IMG/VR virus record: IMGVR_UViG_3300022178_005310
Location: 1 to 30,834 of that record
Origin: a virus
Taxonomy: Duplodnaviria; Caudoviricetes
Strand: one strand, 5' to 3'
Length of the DNA: 30,834 bases
The position numbers and the translations under genes are program-made. The notes under the pieces are model-generated. The model had not been told where the DNA came from, did no database searches, and saw only the letters and a program-made list of their open reading frames with translations. Of the stretch, positions 9,095 to 16,512 are shown piece after piece (position 1 is the first letter of the stretch; every line of letters starts with the position of its first letter).

Positions 9095-9444
9095 AGTTAA
9101 TGTATAGGTGTTAAATTATTATTTTGTTATTGTGTATATCACAATGTTGTTATGCTTTATAACAACAAAACAAAGTAATTTATATTTGAAAAATAAGGAG
9201 AAGTCTAACCTCACTATTCTTAATTGTTATTGTACTCTTTTTAGTTTGCACAAACTCCATGGTAATCACCATGTTGTAAATGACTTTGTAATGCATTTGT
9301 ATTTATTAATTTAGTTTGTGAATTTTGTCCACTTGAATTATGACAAAAAACTGTTTTGTTAGATATAAAAACTATATTTCCATTTTCAAAATGGGGTAGA
9401 TGTGTGAGCTCTCATTAAATGAGAACTCTACACCTCCGGTTATG

Positions 9445-9999
9445 TTATTTAATTTTACTTGAATCCAATAAGAATTTAAGTCTTTCATCTCCTGTGTTTA
9501 TCAGGCGAGCTAGTCTCTCCAATTCGATTTTAGGGTAAGCATTCATTACTGCATCATACAGTTTATCAATTCCTGGATATATAACGCTTGGTCCTGTTTG
9601 AGGATTAAGCTGATTCTTTCCTTCGTAACTAGCAATTGAAGAAGATACAGTTATAGGCTTTACTGTGTTTTTAAGTTTTCTATAATAATGAACTCTTAAT
9701 GCCATTTCAGTTCTGTCCATTACCTTTGCTGCGTTACGAAATGCAAATGTCATATTACCAGGTGATTGTTTTACAAACAATATTAATCGTTTGCTCTCTA
9801 CCTCTGTAAATGGTATTACACTACTTGCTTTTCTTTTTGAAGGAATTGTAATAGCATAATATCTATTTCTAATAGTATTTATGTTTTTGCCTAGAACATT
9901 GCTTGCTCTTCTAAGCCCAAATGATAACTTTCTTTCATTTGCAATACTATTCATTATTACTTTGTCGTCTTGTGATGTGAATGTGCTTTTTCTTGACAT
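9445..9999 (-). CDS. Tandem Myb/HTH-like DNA-binding protein
   Basis: Two repeats FTxxxxK...(L/M)xxxxxxxRxxYY (FTSQDDK..IRNRYY; FTEVESK..LRVHYY). Confidence 0.65.
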   Translation of the reverse strand: MSRKSTFTSQDDKVIMNSIANERKLSFGLRRASNVLGKNINTIRNRYYAITIPSKRKASSVIPFTEVESKRLILFVKQSPGNMTFAFRNAAKVMDRTEMALRVHYYRKLKNTVKPITVSSSIASYEGKNQLNPQTGPSVIYPGIDKLYDAVMNAYPKIELERLARLINTGDERLKFLLDSSKIK

Positions 10000-10016
10000 G
10001 TGATTAGGTTTTAATG

Positions 10017-10256
10017 TTAATTAATTTGTCTTTTGTTATACGTCTTTCTTACAACCACTCTCTTGTGATTGATCCACGCTTCATCTATTAGGAAGTATGT
10101 TTTTGCTGAATCGAAGTTATTGATTTCAGTTACTAATCCAGAACCTATTGTGTTATGTTGTACTGTAGTTAGTAGTTGGTATTCTATCCTGTCACCAATA
10201 TTTATTATACTTGGATCTGATAGTTTCTTAAATATTTCATCATTGAATATCTTCAT
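10017..10256 (-). CDS. Small beta-barrel-like hypothetical protein
   Basis: INIGDRIEY...GLVTEI...YFLID pattern. Confidence 0.65.
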   Translation of the reverse strand: MKIFNDEIFKKLSDPSIINIGDRIEYQLLTTVQHNTIGSGLVTEINNFDSAKTYFLIDEAWINHKRVVVRKTYNKRQIN

Positions 10257-10281
10257 GTTTTAGCTATGTTATATTAGTATT

Positions 10282-10530
10282 TTAAATGTCTTTTAGGGTT
10301 CTGCGTGGTATCACATCTAACTTATGTAGTATTGAGTATGACATGTAAGGATTGTTGTCAATGTAGTATATGATTACATTCTGCCTAAATGCAAGTCTTT
10401 GTATCTTTGAAGTTAGTATTACAGGTCCATTCATACTTGATACACCTGGTTTGAATGTTACAACATTACCTGGTTGATAAGGAGCATCACGTAACATTTG
10501 ATCAATTATATTCTTCTCTGTGATATGCAT
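10282..10530 (-). CDS. Small beta-barrel-like hypothetical protein
   Basis: YQPGNVVTF...KIQRL...IYYID pattern; ends IPRRTLKDI. Confidence 0.65.
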   Translation of the reverse strand: MHITEKNIIDQMLRDAPYQPGNVVTFKPGVSSMNGPVILTSKIQRLAFRQNVIIYYIDNNPYMSYSILHKLDVIPRRTLKDI

Positions 10531-10679
10531 TTTGTTACGTTTTAGCTATTAATATTATATGTGTGTGAAATTTAATTCTTGGGAATATGCTTTGAAAGTG
10601 GGGTGGATGGATTATCCCCTCCATAACTATTCACTTAAACACTTATCAATCCTTAACAACCCACTGCTATTTATGGCAG

Positions 10680-10737
10680 AATGTAAAAAGGATGCTGGAG
10701 TGTTATTTCCGAAGCGAGCGCAGTGAGCGGAGGCTTG
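10680..10737. promoter_or_regulatory. Conserved intergenic element copy 2
   Basis: AATGTAAAAAGGATGCTGGAGTGTTATTTCC (25/31 identical to copy 1) running into CC-GAA-GC-GA-GC-GCA-GT-GA-GC-GGA-GG hairpin. Confidence 0.6.
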
Positions 10738-10806
10738 CCTCATTGACAAACCACCTATAATACACTGACAAATCAAATAATCACACAATGTCTTTATTGA
10801 ACAAAT

Positions 10807-10877
10807 GCATATTCATTAGTGTTGCCTACTGGTTAGTGTATATTCGTTAGTGTTGTGATGTATATTTGTTAGTGTTG
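10807..10877. repeat. Three 18-nt direct repeats GYATATTYRTTAGTGTTG
   Basis: Copies at 10807, 10838, 10860; partial GTTAGTGT at 10832. Confidence 0.7.
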
Positions 10878-11020
10878 TATTGGGTTTCAATGGGCATGAG
10901 TGACCCGTATTGAAGTGTTATTTAACTATTTGACCGATAGGGAAAATTAATTAAAACCAAGGCATTAGCCTTGACAATAGGAGCTTGAGTAATAAGACGA
11001 GCCATAGGCGAGCAAATGGG

Positions 11021-11048
11021 AAAAGAAAATGCCCCAATTAAGGGGCAC
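11021..11048 (-). terminator. Intrinsic terminator after 11054-11518
   Basis: Minus strand GTGCCCC-TTAATT-GGGGCAT followed by TTTCTTTT. Confidence 0.8.
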
Positions 11049-11053
11049 TTATC

Positions 11054-11518
11054 TTACTCTGGAGCCTCTTCAGTGGCTGGTACTTCAACTTGAGCACTCT
11101 CTTTTAAGAAAATGTCGGATTGATTAACATCCTCTGAAAAGAAACTGTTCCTGTAAACAGGCTTACCTTGATAGGTAATTTCCTCTTTAGTTCGAGGATT
11201 AATCTTGGCGTCTTGAGCAAAGCCATCTTTCTTGATGTAAGGTATTAGAGTTTCCTCAATGACAATTTTACCCTCGATTGGGAATTCTCTGCCATCTTGC
11301 AATTCAGAGCCAAGAAATTCTAAAGCATCTGCCTCAAGAGTAATAAATGCAGTTCTGGTAGAAACTCTACCAAGAGCTGACAATCCACTAAGAGTTTTCG
11401 ACTGAACCATTACAACACCAACTTCGCGTTGTTCTCCAGTTGATTTGTCTGTGATTGTTCTCATACGAACAACTTCTCCTGTGTTTTTGTCTGCAACTAC
11501 TTTTACTGAATTTCTCAT
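11054..11518 (-). CDS. Hypothetical beta-rich protein with acidic tail (possible ssDNA-binding protein)
   Basis: 154 aa; own terminator; C-terminus EVPATEEAPE; SSB function is inference. Confidence 0.75.
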   Translation of the reverse strand: MRNSVKVVADKNTGEVVRMRTITDKSTGEQREVGVVMVQSKTLSGLSALGRVSTRTAFITLEADALEFLGSELQDGREFPIEGKIVIEETLIPYIKKDGFAQDAKINPRTKEEITYQGKPVYRNSFFSEDVNQSDIFLKESAQVEVPATEEAPE

Positions 11519-11629
11519 AATGTAATAAGGTATTAATGTGATTATAATGTGTGTGCCCGTTGGTAAAGGTGGTGCACTATACCTTTTTGCATTATAGCAA
11601 GGTTTAATAAGAGTTTTAAATTTGTCTTA

Positions 11630-11652
11630 CTGAGTGAGCGTAGCGAACGAAG
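11630..11652. promoter_or_regulatory. G.A-mismatch hairpin, variant copy
   Basis: CT-GA-GT-GA-GC-GTA-GC-GA-AC-GA-AG; compensatory GT/AC pair versus GC/GC in copy 1. Confidence 0.55.
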
Positions 11653-11688
11653 CTACAATGATTGTAACTCCGTTGCATGCCCAACTAA

Positions 11689-11856
11689 CTAACCCAACTT
11701 GTTTATTTCTTTATTGTGATGGTAGCTAACAAAGGCTAGTATCATGCTCATTGTTGCTGTAAGCAACACAATCCCGTCAAATTTTCCTCTTATGTAGCAG
11801 ATGATAGCAAGGCCCAAGAGGATGAGCCAAGCCAAACTGATTAAGAAACTTTTCAT
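11689..11856 (-). CDS. Small membrane protein (55 aa; MKSFLISLAWLILLGLAIICY...)
   Basis: Manual translation; two hydrophobic segments. Confidence 0.55.
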   Translation of the reverse strand: MKSFLISLAWLILLGLAIICYIRGKFDGIVLLTATMSMILAFVSYHHNKEINKLG

Positions 11857-12090
11857 GATAAATGAATTTGTTCCTCTTTCTCAACTTTAGGTGTTGAGAT
11901 TGAACCTTTGAACTTTGTGATAGCCTGTTGTACAGACATTGCCAACACTTGTTGACCATTAATTACGAATAGTAACATAACGTTTAATGTGTTAAGGGTT
12001 AATAAAATGCACACTTCACTACCATAGTGTGCTTACATCATTTACGTAGTACCACAAAGGGCTGATGACAATCAATTAAGATACCAAGAT

Positions 12091-12378
12091 TTACTTTCTG
12101 AATTGTGCAGAAAACTGTTTGTTGTGCACGTAGACTGGTATCAAAGTTTTGATAATAGTTCTGTAACCATCATCAATAGTAAATATGTCCCCGTCATTGG
12201 CTAGAGGAGAATAATAAAATTTTACTGCAATATTATCAAAGATGACAATACCATAGATGCTATTGCAATTGGCAATAGAATTGTGTAAGGATGCTGGTGC
12301 GTCAAAACAAGTTTCACCATTACATTTTTCTTGCTCCCCGAATTGTTCGCAAGAGCATTCAATAATTTCAATTTTCAT
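12091..12378 (-). CDS. Hypothetical Cys-containing protein
   Basis: 95 aa ORF with AT-rich leader. Confidence 0.6.
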   Translation of the reverse strand: MKIEIIECSCEQFGEQEKCNGETCFDAPASLHNSIANCNSIYGIVIFDNIAVKFYYSPLANDGDIFTIDDGYRTIIKTLIPVYVHNKQFSAQFRK

Positions 12379-12550
12379 AAGGATAGGTTTAGAAAGTTAA
12401 TTATAATAATCACCAATTGCAAGGCTCTTAGTTAGGCTACTCCTAACGTACATGAGCACCTTGCAATTTTGTTTACGTTGTTTTGTAAACTGGTGGCATA
12501 ACATCCTGCTAACGCTCCGGCATGATATGACTGAGATTCTTACATCCCAA

Positions 12551-12590
12551 AATATAATAAGGATATAGAAGTGCTATTTCCCGAAGGGCT
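12551..12590. promoter_or_regulatory. Conserved intergenic element copy 3
   Basis: AATATAATAAGGATATAGAAGTGCTATTTCC (26/31 to copy 1) with minimal CCC-GAA-GGG hairpin. Confidence 0.6.
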
Positions 12591-13322
12591 GTAGACAACA
12601 GCGAGTGTAATTGATAATGAGTAGCTTAGTTGCTACTTACTTCAATTAAGACTGGCTGTTGTTTGAATGATAACTACAGTGTGCTAGCCATAAGCGCTAG
12701 CTAGGTTCAAGCATTAAATAATTTAGACAATGTTGGTTCTGAAGCAAGGGTAGCAAGGTTCTAATCCTTGAGTAACTTCAGTTACATTACAGCGTCAACT
12801 CTGTAAGCCCTAAGCATTCTAGTCTGATAGTTGCATTCAATCAACGGCGCTGATAAATTACTGCATACATCTCATCCTCCAATTGGACATCCTTCCTGAT
12901 AAATAACCATTTGCATTGTCTATAGTTAAGGGATACACCCACTCATTGTAATTGGGCTTTCACTCCCAACTCATTCTCTTTGCACAGCCTCTGACCGGTC
13001 GATAATGTATAAGCTGTAGAGGCTTATACTGCATGAGAATCTTCACAGCTAATGCCATGATGATACAATGAGTGATGGATAGCACAAAAGTGCCACCCTA
13101 TCTCCCAAAATTTAAAAAGGGTAGGGGATGAAGTTGTATTTATCCCACGCACGACTATATGTTCTCAAAAAAAAAAAAAAAAAAAATAAAAATATTTTCC
13201 ACAGCAATAGTTAGATAATATTTTCATCTTTCTACCCCGTTCATGTTTACTGAACATAGAGATTGACTGAAAATATCTCAATTCGCGATATGCAATATAA
13301 CTCATTCATTATATACCTCTAC

Positions 13323-13353
13323 TTGCTTTAATGCAAGAAATTTAATAAATTAG
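13323..13353 (+). promoter_or_regulatory. Bacteroidota sigma-A-like promoter
   Basis: TTG-N20-TAAATTAG upstream of the first rightward gene. Confidence 0.55.
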
Positions 13354-13377
13354 CATTATGCAAAAAAAAATACATAG

Positions 13378-13587
13378 ATGAGAACATATAAAGATGTTTT
13401 AAAAGAAAAAGGTTTTGAATGGGATGAGAACCAGGAGTTGTGGAAAAAGAACAAAGGATTTGGCAGAAAGTTAACTGTTGATCTAATGTTCAGGAATTTA
13501 TTTATAGTAACTAGCGCGGGAAAGAAAATACAAGACAACTTTGTGGCGTCACTAAAAGAATTTGAATCAATAATGGAAAAGATATAA
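13378..13587 (+). CDS. Hypothetical protein
   Basis: 69 aa; first rightward gene. Confidence 0.65.
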   Translation: MRTYKDVLKEKGFEWDENQELWKKNKGFGRKLTVDLMFRNLFIVTSAGKKIQDNFVASLKEFESIMEKI

Positions 13588-13721
13588 TGGCAAGTAAAGG
13601 AAGATTTGCAAAACCACCGGAATGGTGGAAACATTTAAGAAAGCAGAAGAGAACCTTCTGGAAAGAAGAAAGAGCCAAAGGTAAAGCATGGCTACGTAAG
13701 AATACTGAAGAAGATAAGTGA
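13587..13721 (+). CDS. Small basic Trp-rich protein (44 aa; MASKGRFAKPPEWWKHLRKQKRTFWKEERAKGKAWLRKNTEEDK)
   Basis: Manual translation; TAATG coupling to upstream stop. Confidence 0.65.
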   Translation: MASKGRFAKPPEWWKHLRKQKRTFWKEERAKGKAWLRKNTEEDK

Positions 13722-13755
13722 TTAAGCTTATAACACTACATTATAAGCTTTGTAG

Positions 13756-14232
13756 TTAATACTTGTACCAGATCCTTCTGGCAATAGCTACACCTAAAGT
13801 ACATTCTATTACTACCTCTCCTAAGAATACTGAGATATTAGTACAGAGACTTAACACGAATAAGGCTGATCCAATACCTGCTGCCATGATAGCAATAGCC
13901 CTCTTCTTTGGATGCGCGTACCAGATTACATTTCCTACAGCAAGTATTGCCATAGCTCCGGTCATTATATTATGAAGTAGAGGATACGCGTACATGTCAA
14001 AACCAACAATACCTAAAACAAATAAAGAAACTAAAAAGCTCCAGAATCTTCTTTCAGTATAAGCATCAAGTATAAACGTGGAAAAGATTGAGAGGTGCAT
14101 GAGCCAATACCAGTAATTATTCGGCTCAAGCGCAAAAGCAGATTGTGATTGAAGAGATTGGTTACCTGTGAACCATAGTAGTGCAGCGAAGAGTACAGTT
14201 AAAACTAGAACTGCAGTTTTAAGAATTTTCAT
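13756..14232 (-). CDS. Multi-pass membrane protein
   Basis: 158 aa, about 5-6 hydrophobic helices; promoter-like TTTG-N20-TATCTTTA at 14296-14265. Confidence 0.75.
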   Translation of the reverse strand: MKILKTAVLVLTVLFAALLWFTGNQSLQSQSAFALEPNNYWYWLMHLSIFSTFILDAYTERRFWSFLVSLFVLGIVGFDMYAYPLLHNIMTGAMAILAVGNVIWYAHPKKRAIAIMAAGIGSALFVLSLCTNISVFLGEVVIECTLGVAIARRIWYKY

Positions 14233-14385
14233 TTGTCATGTGGTAGATTAAGTTAAACATGTGATAAAGATAGTTTAAAACTTTAGAAAAGTCAAATATC
14301 ATTATATCAGATTATTATGATTATACACTTTAGTGTATAATGTTAATAAAATTTACCAAATTATACCCGTATCCGTATATTTTTT

Positions 14386-14417
14386 TTTGGAAAATCACCC
14401 AGGTATGTATATCTTTG
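14386..14417 (+). promoter_or_regulatory. Bacteroidota sigma-A consensus promoter
   Basis: TTTG(14386)-N20-TATCTTTG(14410-14417); ATG at 14421. Confidence 0.7.
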
Positions 14418-14420
14418 GGT

Positions 14421-14795
14421 ATGAGTGATAAATATTTTGAACAAATGGATTTAGATGAAGAACAGAAGAGTATTTTTAAAAATGTACATCATCACACTGG
14501 AGTAGATGTAAGGTTGCATTATTTTGATCAAAACAGTATTAAGCCTTGGAACTCGAGTAATGACAATACAGTCCTTGCGAATGAAATACAGAATCTTAGA
14601 ATGCAGAATGAATTACAAAAGCAGAAGATAGAGCTTCTTAGATCTGAAGTGACAATGATGAAAGAAAGACTTGATAATTATTTGAAATATGAAAGAAGAA
14701 GGATGGGGACAACCGAAGTTGGGGATAGGAATAATACAGCAGATGGAGCAGAGCAAACAGACACCCTGCAGCACATTAGACATAAATGCGTTTGA
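14421..14795 (+). CDS. Small coiled-coil protein with KYERRRM tag
   Basis: Start moved to 14421 (MSDKYF) just after the promoter. Confidence 0.7.
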   Translation: MSDKYFEQMDLDEEQKSIFKNVHHHTGVDVRLHYFDQNSIKPWNSSNDNTVLANEIQNLRMQNELQKQKIELLRSEVTMMKERLDNYLKYERRRMGTTEVGDRNNTADGAEQTDTLQHIRHKCV

Positions 14796-14892
14796 TAGTG
14801 TCCTTAGACAGTTATCAGTTTTGAAGACAAAATTAAAAAATGTAATAGAAGAAGAAGATGTCAGAAAATATCCAAGACGAAGGCTTTCTTAG
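14689..14892 (+). CDS. Small protein, MCP-like fragment + KYPRRRL tag
   Basis: 67 aa; GIGIIQQMEQS...LRQLS segment; tag at C-terminus. Confidence 0.65.
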   Translation: MKEEGWGQPKLGIGIIQQMEQSKQTPCSTLDINAFDSVLRQLSVLKTKLKNVIEEEDVRKYPRRRLS

Positions 14893-15040
14893 ACGCAAGT
14901 CTCAGACAACTGAATCAGCAATTGAAAGCAGTTTTGGCGCTCCTAGAACTTATCATACATTCTTTGAGAATGATGTGGACCACAAGCGAAAAGCTAAACA
15001 ACTTAGAGATGAAAGAAAGAAAAAAAGGAGTAGCAACTAA
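14858..15040 (+). CDS. Small basic protein, possible portal-like fragment
   Basis: 60 aa; fills the operon between tagged ORFs. Confidence 0.55.
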   Translation: MSENIQDEGFLRRKSQTTESAIESSFGAPRTYHTFFENDVDHKRKAKQLRDERKKKRSSN

Positions 15041-15242
15041 TCATATATTTGAAGAAGCAGGAATATCCCTGGAGATTCAAAAGCATTTCAATTTGATAAA
15101 GCCACAGATTGATATATTGTACGGAACTGATCAAAACTTTATCTTGGGAGTTGATCCTTACTTTACAACAACACAAGAAAAGAAATATGAACGACGCAAG
15201 CTTAGCAGCATACATGGCAATGGTAGCAAAAGCCAAAACTGA
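15009..15242 (+). CDS. Small protein, terminase-nuclease-like motif + KYERRKL tag
   Basis: Start moved to ATG 15009 (MKERKK); QNFILGVDPY. Confidence 0.6.
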   Translation: MKERKKGVATNHIFEEAGISLEIQKHFNLIKPQIDILYGTDQNFILGVDPYFTTTQEKKYERRKLSSIHGNGSKSQN

Positions 15243-15396
15243 AGGCAAAGAATTGATAATAACAAAAAGTAGAAGAGCTGGATCAACAATGGGCATGAAT
15301 CAAATGAAAAAGCTATGGCTTCAAGAGCAAGAGGAAGAATACAATAAGACTCTTGAGCAAGAGAAGCATCCACGAAGAAAACTTAAGACATCATAA
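15187..15396 (+). CDS. Small protein, terminase Walker-A-like segment + KHPRRKL tag
   Basis: Start moved to ATG 15187 (MNDASL); AKTEGKELIITKSRRAGST. Confidence 0.7.
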   Translation: MNDASLAAYMAMVAKAKTEGKELIITKSRRAGSTMGMNQMKKLWLQEQEEEYNKTLEQEKHPRRKLKTS

Positions 15397-15469
15397 CTTG
15401 ATGACATCACTATTAGACATTCACTTTCCAATTTCGTATCTTACCAATTAATCGTTTAAAAAAAATATC

Positions 15470-15682
15470 ATGGCAAAACTAAAGAAGTATCTAACTACTG
15501 TTTTAGAGTTCACTACTGGTCTAGACTTTTATGGTTTAGGCTTACTTGCATCCGGAGTTGCAGTGTGGGCATTATTCGGATGGTCCCTTATAGGGTCAGG
15601 ACTTATTGGAGCCTTTGTCTTCAAGAATTTCAAAGCCATAGTTGATCATGTTAAAACGTTAATAAAAAGAAAGGAGGTGTAA
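15470..15682 (+). CDS. Small membrane protein (2 TM)
   Basis: 70 aa hydrophobic hairpin, basic tail. Confidence 0.7.
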   Translation: MAKLKKYLTTVLEFTTGLDFYGLGLLASGVAVWALFGWSLIGSGLIGAFVFKNFKAIVDHVKTLIKRKEV

Positions 15683-15708
15683 ATATCTAATAGTCAGAAG
15701 ACTATATA

Positions 15709-15738
15709 AGTCCTGTACTCTAGTGCAGGATTTTTTTT
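15709..15738 (+). terminator. Intrinsic terminator
   Basis: TCCTGTAC-TCTA-GTGCAGGA followed by T8. Confidence 0.8.
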
Positions 15739-15767
15739 GCTTACATCAATTTTAATTAGTAAATTAG
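15736..15767 (+). promoter_or_regulatory. Bacteroidota sigma-A-like promoter
   Basis: TTTG-N20-TAAATTAG. Confidence 0.55.
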
Positions 15768-15787
15768 ACTTTAAATAAACGCAGATT

Positions 15788-16039
15788 ATGATAGTTTTTA
15801 TACAAATAACGCTAGTACTGTTCCTGATAGCATTCCCATTACTTCACAACGTAGCAAAAGCAAGAATAGATTTCTCATTAGGAATATCATTTATGTTTGG
15901 GGTATCTTACGAGAGAAGTGACCTTTTGGTAGATGGAATTCTTTTTGAGAGGCATCATGTACTTTTTGCTTTTGGACCAATATATGTTGACAGTACATGG
16001 TTAAACAAAATAGGACCCTATGTTGAAAAGGAAGAGTAA
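15788..16039 (+). CDS. Membrane-anchored or secreted small protein
   Basis: 83 aa, N-terminal hydrophobic helix. Confidence 0.65.
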   Translation: MIVFIQITLVLFLIAFPLLHNVAKARIDFSLGISFMFGVSYERSDLLVDGILFERHHVLFAFGPIYVDSTWLNKIGPYVEKEE

Positions 16040-16271
16040 AAAAGAAAACTCAAGTAAATATGAGCTGCTAACTGAAGAACAATTAATAAAGCTATTATCT
16101 ACTTCAGGAGTTCATATAAAAGATCCTTCAAGACAAGTAACTATTTTGACTGGTACTACAGGCGCAAATTATTTTAATAAAGCTATGACAGAAATGTTGA
16201 AAGCAGAAACTGAATTATTAAGAGCTGAGATTGAAGATACGCCTAAGCACGAAAGAAGAAAGTTAGATTAA
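16020..16271 (+). CDS. Small protein, MCP-like fragment + KHERRKL tag
   Basis: 83 aa; RQVTILTGTTGANYFNKAM. Confidence 0.7.
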   Translation: MLKRKSKKENSSKYELLTEEQLIKLLSTSGVHIKDPSRQVTILTGTTGANYFNKAMTEMLKAETELLRAEIEDTPKHERRKLD

Positions 16272-16504
16272 TGGAAATAAAAATAGTTATTGTCAGATCA
16301 TTTGATCCAGAAGAAATGAAGAATGAATTGCATAAAGAAGTTCCATTACTTGCAAGGAGTAAAAAAAGCTTCAAGATAGATGCTGCTATGTCTCAGCGTG
16401 TAACATTTAAGTCAAAGTACGGGCAAAGCCTCCAGGGTTATCTTATAGAGATCTTGAAACCACAAAAACCAATACACCAAAGAAGAAGGCTACCTAATCA
16501 GTAG
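16271..16504 (+). CDS. Small protein, possible MCP-like fragment + IHQRRRL tag
   Basis: 77 aa; TAATG-coupled; IKIVIVRSFDPEEMKNELH. Confidence 0.7.
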   Translation: MEIKIVIVRSFDPEEMKNELHKEVPLLARSKKSFKIDAAMSQRVTFKSKYGQSLQGYLIEILKPQKPIHQRRRLPNQ

Positions 16505-16512
16505 CCTTTTTT
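16486..16512 (+). terminator. Intrinsic terminator at convergent junction
   Basis: AAGGCTAC-CTAATCA-GTAGCCTT followed by TTTT. Confidence 0.7.

Noticed and set aside
10807-10877. Mini CRISPR array
   Set aside because: Repeats are 18 nt with only 13- and 4-nt gaps; no spacer-sized units and no cas genes
14685-15203. Peptide tag as an artefact of overlapping start signals (TATGAA contains the next ATG)
   Set aside because: True for two copies only; the other four have no ATG in the motif and use different codons
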